Assembly: GCA_020639255.1 (NCBI GenBank)
Contig: JACKGZ010000007.1
Span: 125,573 to 189,572 of the forward strand
DNA length: 64,000 bases
Source of the DNA: Phycisphaera sp.
GTDB taxonomy: Bacteria; Planctomycetota; Phycisphaerae; Phycisphaerales; UBA1924
Reading direction: 5' to 3'
Shown: piece after piece, positions 20,034 through 29,928 of the stretch
How positions within the stretch are numbered: the stretch's first letter is position 1
Layout: every line of letters starts with the position of its first letter
Program-made: the position numbers and the translations under genes
Notes under the pieces: generated by a model
What the model saw: only the letters and a program-made list of their open reading frames with translations
Told to the model about the DNA's origin: nothing
Database searches by the model: none

Positions 20034-21404
20034 CTACAGCACGAAAAGACAGCCCACGGTCCAGATGAGACCCAGAATCATCACGATCGCCGTGTACCCC
20101 ACGATCTCGCGGGCCTTGGCCCCGGTGATCGTCAGCAGCGGGAGCGCCCAGAAGGGCTGGAGCATGTTGGTCAGCTGATCGCCGTACGCCAGCGCCATGA
20201 CCGCCTTGGGCAGCTCGACCCCCGCCGCCAGCGCACTCTCGACGACGATGGGCCCCTGCACGCCCCATTGCCCGCCGCCCGAGGGGACGAACAGGTTCAC
20301 GACTGCGGCGCTCACGCAGGTGAGCGGCGCGAGCGTGCTCGGCCCCGCGCTCGCGCTGATGGCGCTTGCGATCTGCGCGGTCAGGCCGCTCGAATGCATC
20401 ATGCCCATGATGCCCGCGTAGAGCGGGAACTGGACGATGATCCCCGCGCACCCGCGTGCGCCCTCTTCGACCGCCGCGATGAACGAGCGGGGCGAGCCGT
20501 GCAGCACGAGCCCGAGCATGAGCATCGTCAGGTTCACCTCGTTGGGCGTGAGGTGAAGGACGCCGCTCTTGGCGTTCTCGCCCGACGGAAAGTAGAACCC
20601 CATGGCCCACCACGCGATGAGGGTAGCGAGCAGCAGGTTGACGACGGGCGTCTCCTCGAGCGTGCGCACGATGACGGGCTTGTGCTCTTTATCCTCGGCT
20701 TTATCTGTGCCCGCTTCCTGCGATGCGCACATCTGCCCGCCTGACTTTGGCATCATGAGCATCATGCCAAGTGTTCCGATCGCGAGGAGACCGCCGGTGA
20801 TGACGATGTTCATGGGGCTGAGCAGCGTCTCATCTATCGGGATCGGCGCGAGTTCTGTGCCTGCGGGCAGGACGCTCCTGATGCCGCTCTCGGTCGAGAC
20901 CATGAGCGGCGCGGTGCCGCTGAACCCGCCGTGCCAGACCATGAGCCCGAGGTAGCCCGCCGCGACGAGCACGGGGTAGTGGTGCGGGATCTGCCGGCGT
21001 GTGAGCGAGCGCCCGGTGTCGCGCGCGACGATCGCGCCGGCGATCAGCCCGAGGCCCCAGTTCATCACGCCGAGCGACATAGCGATCAGCGCAACCATCG
21101 CCGCCGCGTGTGCGCCGGTGCGAGGCACATCCGCCAATCGGCGCAGCAGCATGGCGACGGGTCTCGACGCCGCGACCGCGTGCCCCGTGACGAGGATCAG
21201 GCACATCTGCATTGCAAACGCGAGGAATTTCCACACGCCGTCGCTTGGGCTCGCCCACGACGCGACGAGATCGCCCGCGGACGAGTCCGTACGCCAGAGC
21301 GCGAGCAGGAATGTGAGCAGCGTGAGCAGCACCGCGATCACAAACGGATCCGGTGCTGTGGCGCGAAAGAGCGAGGAAAGGCGATCACCGAGTCTTGCGA
21401 GCAT
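20034..21404 (-). CDS. atoE: Short-chain fatty acid transporter (AtoE family)
   Basis: ATG 21404-21402. MLARLGDRLSSLFRATAPDPFVIAVLLTLLTFLLALW...FAMQMCLILVTGHAVAAS closely parallels the AtoE N-terminus. Multi-pass membrane protein. Confidence 0.85.
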   Translation of the reverse strand: MLARLGDRLSSLFRATAPDPFVIAVLLTLLTFLLALWRTDSSAGDLVASWASPSDGVWKFLAFAMQMCLILVTGHAVAASRPVAMLLRRLADVPRTGAHAAAMVALIAMSLGVMNWGLGLIAGAIVARDTGRSLTRRQIPHHYPVLVAAGYLGLMVWHGGFSGTAPLMVSTESGIRSVLPAGTELAPIPIDETLLSPMNIVITGGLLAIGTLGMMLMMPKSGGQMCASQEAGTDKAEDKEHKPVIVRTLEETPVVNLLLATLIAWWAMGFYFPSGENAKSGVLHLTPNEVNLTMLMLGLVLHGSPRSFIAAVEEGARGCAGIIVQFPLYAGIMGMMHSSGLTAQIASAISASAGPSTLAPLTCVSAAVVNLFVPSGGGQWGVQGPIVVESALAAGVELPKAVMALAYGDQLTNMLQPFWALPLLTITGAKAREIVGYTAIVMILGLIWTVGCLFVL

Positions 21405-21455
21405 GGCGGGCAATATACATCGCTCGCCGGGGCCCGGCGTGCTACAACATGGGGC

Positions 21456-22067
21456 ATGGACAGCCTCGCCGACCTCACACTCGACGTCTTTCTCGATCGC
21501 CTCGGCTCCAAGGAGCCCGTGCCCGGGGGCGGGGCCGCGGCCGGTGCGACGGGCGCGATCGGCGCGGCTCTGGCGCTCATGGTCGTGAGCTACTCGATCG
21601 GGCGCAAGAACCTTGCACAACATCAGGAAGAATTGCAATCGATCGAGGGCGATCTGCGTGACCTGCGCGCACGGATGATGCACCTCGCCGACGAGGACGC
21701 CTCGGCGTACGCAGAACTCTCGGCGCTCTGGGGCCTGCCCAAGGACGACCCGAAGCGGATCGAGGGCTGGAATCTCGCACTCGACCGCGCGATCGCGGTG
21801 CCGACGGGCATCATGGATGCGGGCGCGAAGCTGCTCGATGTGTGCGCACAGCTCGCGCCGATCTGCAACAAGAACCTCTTGAGCGACCTCGCGGGCGCGT
21901 CGGCGCTGGGCGAAGCGTGTGTGCGGGCTGCGGGGCAGAACGTGCGCGTGAACGCGTTGATGCTGGATGACAAGGACGCGACCGAGCGACTCATGCAGGA
22001 TCTCGCTGCCCGCCGAGCCCGCGCGGGCGGGGCGCGAGAAGCGATCGAGAAGGCCTGCGGCTCGTGA
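21456..22067 (+). CDS. Cyclodeaminase/cyclohydrolase family protein (FTCD C-terminal-like)
   Basis: ATG 21456. LDVFLDRLGSKEPVPGGGAAAGATGAIGAALALMVVSYSIGRK is the family N-terminal signature. Confidence 0.75.
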   Translation: MDSLADLTLDVFLDRLGSKEPVPGGGAAAGATGAIGAALALMVVSYSIGRKNLAQHQEELQSIEGDLRDLRARMMHLADEDASAYAELSALWGLPKDDPKRIEGWNLALDRAIAVPTGIMDAGAKLLDVCAQLAPICNKNLLSDLAGASALGEACVRAAGQNVRVNALMLDDKDATERLMQDLAARRARAGGAREAIEKACGS

Positions 22068-22558
22068 GCAACCCAAACGACCTCAACTGGTTCGACAAGC
22101 AAGGCCCACGCGCCGGCTTCCGCGATGCCAAGGCAAGCGACAAGGGCCTGCGGTTCCAGTGCTCGCTCTGTGGCAACTGTTGTTCGGGCTCCGAGGGCTA
22201 CGTCGGCTTTACACAGGACGAAGCCAAGGCCATCGCTGATCGTTTGGGTATCACGCTCGAATACTTCATGGAGCACTACTCGCACGACACGAAGGCCGGG
22301 CGTTCGTTCATCGAGAAGGACACCGAGTTCGGGAAGGACTGCGTCTTCCTCGATCGGGAGACCGTCCCGGGTAAGGCGGTCTGCGGCATCTACGAACTCC
22401 GACCGATGCAATGCAAAACCTGGCCCTTCTGGCCCCACGTCGTCAGCACCGAGCACGCGTGGCGTAAGGCAGCCGTCGGGTGCCCGGGTATCGATCGTGG
22501 CTCCAAAGTGATCAAGCCCGAAGAGATCCGCATCCAGCGTGCGCGGACACCGATGTGA
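22064..22558 (+). CDS. YkgJ family cysteine-cluster protein (CxxCxxCC)
   Basis: 164 aa. QCSLCGNCCSG and CGIYELRPMQCKTWPFWP. 4-nt overlap with the preceding gene. Confidence 0.8.
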   Translation: MSNPNDLNWFDKQGPRAGFRDAKASDKGLRFQCSLCGNCCSGSEGYVGFTQDEAKAIADRLGITLEYFMEHYSHDTKAGRSFIEKDTEFGKDCVFLDRETVPGKAVCGIYELRPMQCKTWPFWPHVVSTEHAWRKAAVGCPGIDRGSKVIKPEEIRIQRARTPM

Positions 22559-22568
22559 TGGGCGCGTG

Positions 22569-23132
22569 ATGGACATGGACGATCACTTACTCTGTGAGCA
22601 TTGGCTGGCGCTCTCGCGCAATGTCGACGTTCGGCGCCAGATCACGGCGATCCACGACGAAGTAGCGGATCGGATTAACGATCGCGGGCCCGTTTGCACC
22701 GCGTCTGGGCGCTGCTGCAACTTCGAGCGCTACGGGCATCGCCTCTATGTCACGGGTCTTGAAACAGCAATGACGCTCGACGCGATCCCTGTTGTGCGTG
22801 CAATCAAGGCGGGAGATATCGAGCTGGCGCAGCAGGCGGGGACGTGCCCGTTCGTGGTGAGCCGATTGTGCGGCGTGCATCCGGTTCGCCCCGTTGGTTG
22901 CCGGGTGTATTTCTGCGATCCGAGCGCCAAGATCTGGGTAAACGAGCTGGCCGAGTTCGCGGCCGATGCGGTCAAGCGTGTGCACGACGACTTCGGGATC
23001 GAGTACCGGTACACGGAGTGGCGGGCGCTGCTCGCGATGTTCCAGGGCGCGGGCGTGGCGACCCTGCCGACGGAGCCGGTGGTGTTCATGCCGAGCGATC
23101 CGTTCGTGCGTCTTACCTCAGACCGAGCTTGA
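22569..23132 (+). CDS. YkgJ-like cysteine-cluster protein (degenerate first cluster)
   Basis: CTASGRCCNF and CPFVVSRLCGVHPVRPVGCRVYFCD. The start at ATG 22569 is uncertain (GTG 22566 and 22539 are alternatives). Confidence 0.6.
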   Translation: MDMDDHLLCEHWLALSRNVDVRRQITAIHDEVADRINDRGPVCTASGRCCNFERYGHRLYVTGLETAMTLDAIPVVRAIKAGDIELAQQAGTCPFVVSRLCGVHPVRPVGCRVYFCDPSAKIWVNELAEFAADAVKRVHDDFGIEYRYTEWRALLAMFQGAGVATLPTEPVVFMPSDPFVRLTSDRA

Positions 23133-25392
23133 GCAGGACGAGGCGTTTGAGGGCCTTGCCGTCGGGTTTGACGGCTTTCTCCAGCTTCGGCGCCGGCAGG
23201 AAGATGCCGGTGAGCAGGCCGCGGAATGTTGCAACGTGCTTGACGGGTGACAGGCCCGCGAGTCTGTGCGCCCAGAGCCAGCCCATGAGGATGGCGACGA
23301 GCCCCGAGCCTCGCTTGCCGTGCCGGCGTGCGAGCCAGACCCAGTTGCGTGTCGAGCGGTAGAGCCACTTGGCGGTCTTTGTGCGCGCGATGGGCGAGTC
23401 GTGCCAGACCTTGGAGTCGGGTGTAAAGAGCACTTCGTAGCCCGCGCCCATGAGCTTGAGCGCGAGGTCGGTGTCGTTGCGGTAGAGGAAGTACCCGCCC
23501 TCGTACCCGCCGACCGCGTCCCAGGCCTCGCGCCGGATGATGTTGCCCGGGCCCATGTCGGGCCAGCGGGGCGTTCGGCTCGTGATGCGCGCAAATGGCC
23601 ACTCGTATTCGTTTGTCGCGGGGTGCTGACGATGGAGCGTGACAGCCGCGGCATCCGGGCGACGCGCGAGCAGATCGAGTGCGCCCGCGAGTGTGCCCTC
23701 ATCGGGCCAGGCGTCGTCGTCGAGGATCAGGACCGCCTCGCCCGAAGATGCCGCGACACCCCGGTTGAAGCCCTCGACGCCCAGGTTCGAGCCCGTGGGG
23801 ACGACTTTGACGTGCGGGAATTCGCGTTGGATCGTGGCGGGTGTGCCGTCGGTTGAGGCGTTGTCAACGACGACGACCTCGCAGTCCTTGCCGACGTCGT
23901 CGGCCTGGAGTTTGCGCAGCGTCGCTGAGAGCTTGTCGATTCGGTTGCGCGTCAGGATGATGACCGAGAGTGTCGGTCGCTTGCCGGGCGATGTCGGTGA
24001 GATGGGCTCGGCGGGCGGCGCGTCGGGCGGATAGAAGGTCAGCAGGAAGACGGGCTTGATGCTCGCGGCGAGCAGGCCCAAGAGCGCCGCGAGCCGGTCG
24101 AGCGATCGCACGCGCCGGATGCGAAAGCCCGTGGGCGTCGCGACGAGCAGGATCCGTCCGGCGGCCCAGGCGTGGGGGTGAGCGCGGGCGTGGACGACGG
24201 CGATGGAGTTGGTGGGCGTGATGACCAGGCGGATGAAGCCGCGGAGCGCCTGCTTGAGCGATCGCGCCGGCTCGGGCGGGCGCTGCTTGAGTTCGAGGCC
24301 CACGTCGCGGAAGAGCTTGCCGATGGCGGGGCGTTTGGCGCGGGGGACGGGCGCGTCGCTGTGGAGCTCGGCGATGCCGGCGGCGCTGGCGGGGGCGCTC
24401 GGGATAATCGCGCGGAGCGCCGGGTCCAGCGCGTGCCAGGGCCAGAAGCGCGAGTGCCGCGTGCGATCGGGCGGGGCCTTGCCCGTACTCTGCCCGGCCG
24501 AGGCGTCGCGGAGCCCGTTGAGATGCAGGCGTGCGAGGTCGTCGCTCCCGATCATGGTCTGTTCGATCGCCAGCGCGATCTCGCGCATCGCGCGGGCGAA
24601 GCGGCCGACGGGCCCGATCTTGGCCAGACGCAGCGCGCCGATCCAGTTGCGGGCCTCGTAGTAGCGAGCCCACGTCTTGAACTTGCCCCAGGGGTGCGAG
24701 CAGAGGGCCTTGGGCGCGACACCGATCGTGCCGCTGGTGGCCTGGGTGAGGCGCTGGAAGAACATGACGTCGTCGGAGTGGATGAAGGTATCGGGCATGA
24801 GCCCGGCCTGTCTGATCGCGGGTGCGCGGACGAGGGCGCAGAGGGCGGCGAGATAATCGATCGGTCCCTTGTCATCGTTTGGCTGGGCCATCTCGAGCAT
24901 GCCGGTGCGTCGGCTCAGGCGCGAGCCGCACTCGTAGACCTTGCCCGTGGCGGGATCGACGACCGCGGGCCCGACGGCAACCATGCCGGGCTCGGGTTCG
25001 ATGACCGCCAGCATCTCGCGCAGGGTGGCGGGGGTCAGGCGGACGTCGGAATCGAGGAGCCAGATATAGTCGGGGCTCGAGCGGGCCAGGGCCTGCTCCA
25101 TGCCGGCGTTGAACCCGCCGCTGCCGCCGCGGTTGGTGCGGAGTTCGTGGAAGGTGATTCGATGCCCCGATGCCTCGGCGGCCTGAATAACGCTTGGGAT
25201 CGTGGCGAGTGGGTTATCGGACCCGTTGTCGACGATCAGCACACGCAGGTCGGCTCCTGAGCAGTCGAGTGCTTTGAGATCGGTCAGGAGGCTGATGACG
25301 TCCTTTGGATTGTTCCACGCGGGGACGACGGCCTCGATGACGGGGGTTGGCGGCCCGCTATTCGCTGCATGGTCGGTATCGGCGTGGGTCAT
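23113..25392 (-). CDS. Glycosyltransferase with two family-2 (GT-A) domains
   Basis: ATG 25392-25390 preferred. Domain 1: VVPAWNNPKDV...LIVDNGSDN...WLLDSDV. Domain 2: SVIILTRNRIDKL...VVVDNASTDGT...LILDDDAW. Confidence 0.8.
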   Translation of the reverse strand: MTHADTDHAANSGPPTPVIEAVVPAWNNPKDVISLLTDLKALDCSGADLRVLIVDNGSDNPLATIPSVIQAAEASGHRITFHELRTNRGGSGGFNAGMEQALARSSPDYIWLLDSDVRLTPATLREMLAVIEPEPGMVAVGPAVVDPATGKVYECGSRLSRRTGMLEMAQPNDDKGPIDYLAALCALVRAPAIRQAGLMPDTFIHSDDVMFFQRLTQATSGTIGVAPKALCSHPWGKFKTWARYYEARNWIGALRLAKIGPVGRFARAMREIALAIEQTMIGSDDLARLHLNGLRDASAGQSTGKAPPDRTRHSRFWPWHALDPALRAIIPSAPASAAGIAELHSDAPVPRAKRPAIGKLFRDVGLELKQRPPEPARSLKQALRGFIRLVITPTNSIAVVHARAHPHAWAAGRILLVATPTGFRIRRVRSLDRLAALLGLLAASIKPVFLLTFYPPDAPPAEPISPTSPGKRPTLSVIILTRNRIDKLSATLRKLQADDVGKDCEVVVVDNASTDGTPATIQREFPHVKVVPTGSNLGVEGFNRGVAASSGEAVLILDDDAWPDEGTLAGALDLLARRPDAAAVTLHRQHPATNEYEWPFARITSRTPRWPDMGPGNIIRREAWDAVGGYEGGYFLYRNDTDLALKLMGAGYEVLFTPDSKVWHDSPIARTKTAKWLYRSTRNWVWLARRHGKRGSGLVAILMGWLWAHRLAGLSPVKHVATFRGLLTGIFLPAPKLEKAVKPDGKALKRLVLLKLGLR

Positions 25393-25490
25393 CGGGTCGG
25401 GCCGGGTATCCTTGCTGACGGGATCGGCGGGCGTGCTGCGCAGCGTAGCCCGTGGGCGCGGCCCGCGCCGATCCGCATGGAGCATGACCG

Positions 25491-27731
25491 ATGAATCCGT
25501 TCCGCAAGGCCGGGCCCCGAGCCGAGAAGTCGACACCCAGATCGAAGCAGCCTCAGCCGCTCTTTGACGAGCTCGAGCAGCGTCTCTTGCTGTCGGTTTT
25601 CTTCGGCGAGGACTTCCCCGACCTCGCTGACATGGAGAACATGAACAACATCATCGTTCGTTTCAACATGAACGTGATGACCGATATGGGGCGGAGCTAC
25701 TTCGATCTGGAGCTTTTCGTCTCGGAGGACGACGACCCGGTCGGGACTGTTGCGAACTTTGTCGACTATGTGCAGCGTGGCCAGTACGACGGCATGTTCT
25801 TCCAGCGGCTGCAGAACCTGAACGCGAACTCGGATGAGCCTCCGGAGATCCTCCAGGGCGGGCGCAACCGCATCGACGACGACTCGGGGACTGTCACCGT
25901 GATCGACGTCGGCGACGCGATCGACGACGAGGTCGTGCGCGAGAACGACGCGCGCACGATCGCGATGGCCAAGACGAGTGCCCCAAACAGCGCGACGAGC
26001 CAGTTCTTCATCAACCTGACCGACAACGAGACCGAGCTCTCGCCCGACGTGCAGCCTAACGGCGGCTTCCCGGTCTTCGGTCGCGTGCTCGATGACGAGT
26101 CGTGGGATCTGCTCATGACGATCGCCTCGCTCGATGTCGAGGATCTTCAGACACGACTCATCGACCCGCAGTTTGGCGGCAACGCCTTCCCTTCGGTGCC
26201 CGTGACGGATGCGTTCGTCAACGACCCGATGGTCCGGTTCACGGATGAGATGTTCGTGACGGTGCTCGACGCAGAGGTGATCAAGGCCGAGGGCGTGAAC
26301 TCGTTCTTCGATCAGGCGGTGTACCTGCCCGAGGGGTATCGCAATTTCCGGTCGAACGAGATTCTGACGGTTGTCAACACGAACGACGAAGAGGCGGCGT
26401 ACCAGGTTATCCTGCGCTACGCGACGACCGAGGATCGGGATTACGTCATTGCCTCGGGTGTGCTCGATGCGGGCGAGCGTCGTGAGATCATCCTGAGCGG
26501 CATGGGCGCGACGGCAGAGGTCGTGGGCTTCATCCCCTACGCCATCGAGGTGCAAACCGCCAGTGAGGATGCGACGAGCCGCCCGGTCTCGGCAACGCTC
26601 CGCCGGAGCGATTTCGAGGGCGATTCGTCGATCACCGACACATTCGCCGGTGAGAACTTCTTCAACCCCGAGGCGATCGCAGAGGCCGACCGCTTCGACA
26701 CGCTGACGACCTGGGTATTCGCCGACGGCGAACGATCGGAGAACGTCGACACGTACATCACCTGGATGAACCTGACCGCCGACGAGGGCGAGGTGATGAT
26801 CGAGTTCTTCTTCGAGGACGGCAGCTCGACCGAGCTCGTCAATGCGCGTGAGCTTGGCATGTACCGCCGCGGCGGTGTGAATGTGAAGGGCATCGGGACC
26901 AGCGTGCTGCCCGAGGGCGTCTTCAGCGCCCGTGTCACTTCGACCGTGCCGATCGTCGCGTCGATGACGATGTTCCGGACGGACGTAGAGCAGGGGCAGA
27001 TTTCCGGTGCGGCGCTCTCGCTCGGTCAGGCGGGTGGCGGCGGCCCGATCGCCGGAATCGCCGACATTCGCAACCCCGACGGCAGCGATGGTCGGGTTGC
27101 GGTTGTCAATCTCGGCGCGACAGAGGCCGTGGTACGGTTCGATTTCATCGACGATTTCGGCACGATCCGTTCGAGCGTGTTCAACAGCGTGAACGCGGGC
27201 GCTCGCCGGACGTTCGATCTCTCGGCGATGCCGGGCATGACGCTGCCGATGACGCAGATTTATTCGCTCCGGATCAGCGTGCAGGACGGCGGCCCGGATA
27301 TCGCCGCTCAGTACACCACGGCCGGAGCGCTCGGCGAGGGTGAGGCGATCCTGGCGACGGGCGGCCGCACGCATGTTTTCGCCGACGCGATGTCGAGCGA
27401 CGACAGCGGCTACGAGGAATCGATCAGCATCTACAACCCGAACGATCTCTCGGCCAACTTCACGTTCCTGGTCCACTTCAGTGACGGCACGCGATTCAGC
27501 GTCATGCGCACGCTCGCGGCCGGGCGTCGGACCGACATCGATCTGTCGAACGACCTGACGTCAGACCTGACGGCGATCCGGAACAAGATCGACTCGGCCG
27601 ATGAGTTTGCGAACTACAGCGTGACCGTGACTTCGACACGTCTAACCCTGGCCTCGATCACGCGCATCGACGGCGGGTTCCTGACCACCGCGACCGGCAC
27701 GGTGCTTGCCGGGCTGGCGGCGATCGGCTGA
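25491..27731 (+). CDS. Secreted cyclophilin-type peptidyl-prolyl isomerase domain protein with four C-terminal beta-sandwich-like repeats
   Basis: 746 aa. N-terminal FDELEQRLLLS motif. The PPIase core reads NFVDYVQRGQYDGMFFQRL...ILQGG...IAMAKTSAPNSATSQFFINL...FPVFGRV. It is followed by about 480 aa of internally repeated sequence. Confidence 0.8.
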   Translation: MNPFRKAGPRAEKSTPRSKQPQPLFDELEQRLLLSVFFGEDFPDLADMENMNNIIVRFNMNVMTDMGRSYFDLELFVSEDDDPVGTVANFVDYVQRGQYDGMFFQRLQNLNANSDEPPEILQGGRNRIDDDSGTVTVIDVGDAIDDEVVRENDARTIAMAKTSAPNSATSQFFINLTDNETELSPDVQPNGGFPVFGRVLDDESWDLLMTIASLDVEDLQTRLIDPQFGGNAFPSVPVTDAFVNDPMVRFTDEMFVTVLDAEVIKAEGVNSFFDQAVYLPEGYRNFRSNEILTVVNTNDEEAAYQVILRYATTEDRDYVIASGVLDAGERREIILSGMGATAEVVGFIPYAIEVQTASEDATSRPVSATLRRSDFEGDSSITDTFAGENFFNPEAIAEADRFDTLTTWVFADGERSENVDTYITWMNLTADEGEVMIEFFFEDGSSTELVNARELGMYRRGGVNVKGIGTSVLPEGVFSARVTSTVPIVASMTMFRTDVEQGQISGAALSLGQAGGGGPIAGIADIRNPDGSDGRVAVVNLGATEAVVRFDFIDDFGTIRSSVFNSVNAGARRTFDLSAMPGMTLPMTQIYSLRISVQDGGPDIAAQYTTAGALGEGEAILATGGRTHVFADAMSSDDSGYEESISIYNPNDLSANFTFLVHFSDGTRFSVMRTLAAGRRTDIDLSNDLTSDLTAIRNKIDSADEFANYSVTVTSTRLTLASITRIDGGFLTTATGTVLAGLAAIG

Positions 27732-27768
27732 TGGGATCTGTTTCGCGGGTCGGTGCCGGAGTTCGGCG

Positions 27769-29625
27769 ATGAATACGTATTGGCATTACGCCAAAGAGAT
27801 GCTGGTCGACCGCTGGCTTCTGATCGCGGCGCTCTCTCTCTCACTGGTCGCCAGCGCAGGCCTCGGAGTGGGGCTGGCCGGTGTGGCTCCGATCCTGGAG
27901 ACGATGCTCCCGCGAACCGAGAACGGCGTCGTGACCAGCCCGCAGAGTCTGCGTGAGCGGGCCGAGATTCTCAACGAGCGAGCTGATGCATGGATTGTCC
28001 CTGTACAGATACCGCAGGGCGTGATCAACACCCTTCCGACCGATCCGTTCAAGGGTGTCCTGGTGATCATGGGTGCGCTCGGGGTGCTCACGGTGATTTC
28101 CTCGGCGGCGACGTTCGGCCACCAATACATGGCGCTGACGGCGGTCTATCGCGCGTCGCAACGCATCCGTGATCGGGCATTCGCACACGTCTTAAACCTG
28201 CCGTTGCGTGTGGTCGTCATGGGCGACTCCGCGGACATTTCTCGGCGGGTGGTCGACGAAACCGAGCGGCTGGCCGAGGGCTTTACGGCTCTGGTTTCGC
28301 GAGCCGCGTCGCAGATCGGAAAGGGCGCGGCTTCGCTTCTCGTCGCGATTTACTTCGACTGGCGCATCACCTTTGTCTCGCTCGTCATCGGGCCGGTCCT
28401 ATGGATTGTGATTCGCACACTCAGCCGGAGAGTCCGCAAGGCGCGCAAGCGTGCGTTCCGTGGGCAGGCGCAGCTGCTCTCTCGCACGGGCAACGCGCTG
28501 CGTGGCATGCGCGTCGTGAAGGTCCAGACCGCCGAGGGCTACGAGCGGGATCTCTTCGCGGAGACCAACGAGGGCGTGATCCAGCAGATGTTCCGGGCTC
28601 GCACGGCACGCGCCCTGACGGCGCCGGTTTCGGAACTCGTTTCGTTCTTTGTGGTCGGTGCGCTCGCAGCGTTGGCGGCCAAGGGCATCATCGAGCAGCA
28701 GATCGACCCGACCCGATTCCTCCTCGTCCTGGTCTGCCTCGGTCTGGCCGGCGCATCGCTCCGCCCGCTGACCGGGATCACCAACGAGATCCAGGCGGCT
28801 GCGGCTGCGTCGGAACGTCTCGCCGAGCTCATGGCGATCGAGGAAGAACCGGGCCTCGACCTGAGGCTTCCAGAGTTGCCCAGGCATCGCTCGAGCGTTG
28901 CTTTCGAGAACATCACGTTCAGTTATGACGGCGCCGAGCGACCGGCACTGATCGACTTCTCGCTCGAGATCGCGCACGGCGAGCGTGTTGCGTTTGTCGG
29001 GCCTAATGGCTCGGGCAAAACGACGGTTCTCTCGCTCGTCCCGAGGCTCTTTGCGCCGACCGCGGGCCGTGTGCTCATCGACGGGCAGGACATCGCCGAG
29101 TTCAACGTGACAAGCCTGCGCAAACAGATCGGCGCGGTGACGCAGGAGACCGTGATCTTCCCGGGCACGATCCGGTCGAACATCGCGTACGGCAACGATC
29201 AGCACGACGAGGCCGCGATCCGGTTCGCCATCGAGCGGGCGCACGCGGACGAGTTCATCGATCGGTTCGAGCAAGGGCTCGGGACCGTCGTCGGCGAGCA
29301 GGGTCTGACGCTCTCGGGCGGCCAGCGCCAGCGGCTGTCGATCGCGAGGGTGATCCTGCGCGACCCGGCGATCCTGATTCTCGACGAGGCGACGAGCATG
29401 ATCGACGCCGACTCGGAGGCGAAGATCGCCGACGCGCTCAACGAATTCTCGGCGGGTCGCACGACGCTCATTGTCGCGCACAGGCTGAGCACGGTTGTCA
29501 ACGCCGACCGTATTGTCGTGCTCGATGCCGGACGCATTGTCGATCAGGGAACACACGGCGAGCTGCTCGCCCGGTGCGATATCTACCGCACGCTCGCCCG
29601 CACTCAGCTCGTGGGATCGGGCTGA
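27769..29625 (+). CDS. ABC transporter permease/ATP-binding fusion protein (MsbA-like exporter)
   Basis: ATG 27769. Six-helix TMD, then GPNGSGKTT, LSGGQRQRLSIARV and ILILDEATS. Confidence 0.9.
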   Translation: MNTYWHYAKEMLVDRWLLIAALSLSLVASAGLGVGLAGVAPILETMLPRTENGVVTSPQSLRERAEILNERADAWIVPVQIPQGVINTLPTDPFKGVLVIMGALGVLTVISSAATFGHQYMALTAVYRASQRIRDRAFAHVLNLPLRVVVMGDSADISRRVVDETERLAEGFTALVSRAASQIGKGAASLLVAIYFDWRITFVSLVIGPVLWIVIRTLSRRVRKARKRAFRGQAQLLSRTGNALRGMRVVKVQTAEGYERDLFAETNEGVIQQMFRARTARALTAPVSELVSFFVVGALAALAAKGIIEQQIDPTRFLLVLVCLGLAGASLRPLTGITNEIQAAAAASERLAELMAIEEEPGLDLRLPELPRHRSSVAFENITFSYDGAERPALIDFSLEIAHGERVAFVGPNGSGKTTVLSLVPRLFAPTAGRVLIDGQDIAEFNVTSLRKQIGAVTQETVIFPGTIRSNIAYGNDQHDEAAIRFAIERAHADEFIDRFEQGLGTVVGEQGLTLSGGQRQRLSIARVILRDPAILILDEATSMIDADSEAKIADALNEFSAGRTTLIVAHRLSTVVNADRIVVLDAGRIVDQGTHGELLARCDIYRTLARTQLVGSG

Positions 29626-29649
29626 GCACTCACACATCGGAGACCAGGG

Positions 29650-29925
29650 ATGGCCAAGGGTCAGGAATACTCCAGCTACCAGCGCAAAGTCATCAACCGC
29701 TACTACGACAACATCGACACCATCACGCTGACGAAGCTGCAGGAGCTGGTGTCCGACCTGTACCTCGCCGAGGGCAAGAAGGCGGAGAGTCTGTGGAAGA
29801 AGGCCGAGGGTCTGCTCGCCAAGACGGACGCACGCGGATCGGATGTGCGCACGGCGATCGAGAAGCGCGACGTCAAAAAGTTCGCCGAGATCGTGAGCGG
29901 CGCCAATTTCAAAGGCAGGAAGTAG
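29650..29925 (+). CDS. Small conserved-looking hypothetical protein (91 aa, Lys-rich helical)
   Basis: Clean ORF with an RBS-like GGAGACCAGGG upstream and genome-typical codon bias. No family recognised. Confidence 0.55.
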   Translation: MAKGQEYSSYQRKVINRYYDNIDTITLTKLQELVSDLYLAEGKKAESLWKKAEGLLAKTDARGSDVRTAIEKRDVKKFAEIVSGANFKGRK

Positions 29926-29928
29926 CGG

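Noticed and set aside
17641-20613. The 990-aa form of the ATPase ORF, and similar long N-terminal extensions (20034-22076, 2311-3882, 40688-42307, 54479-56590, 47721-48764)
   Set aside because: The extensions are Arg/Pro/Gly-rich, lack homology-like motifs and would overlap upstream genes. In each case an internal start sits where the conserved family sequence begins.
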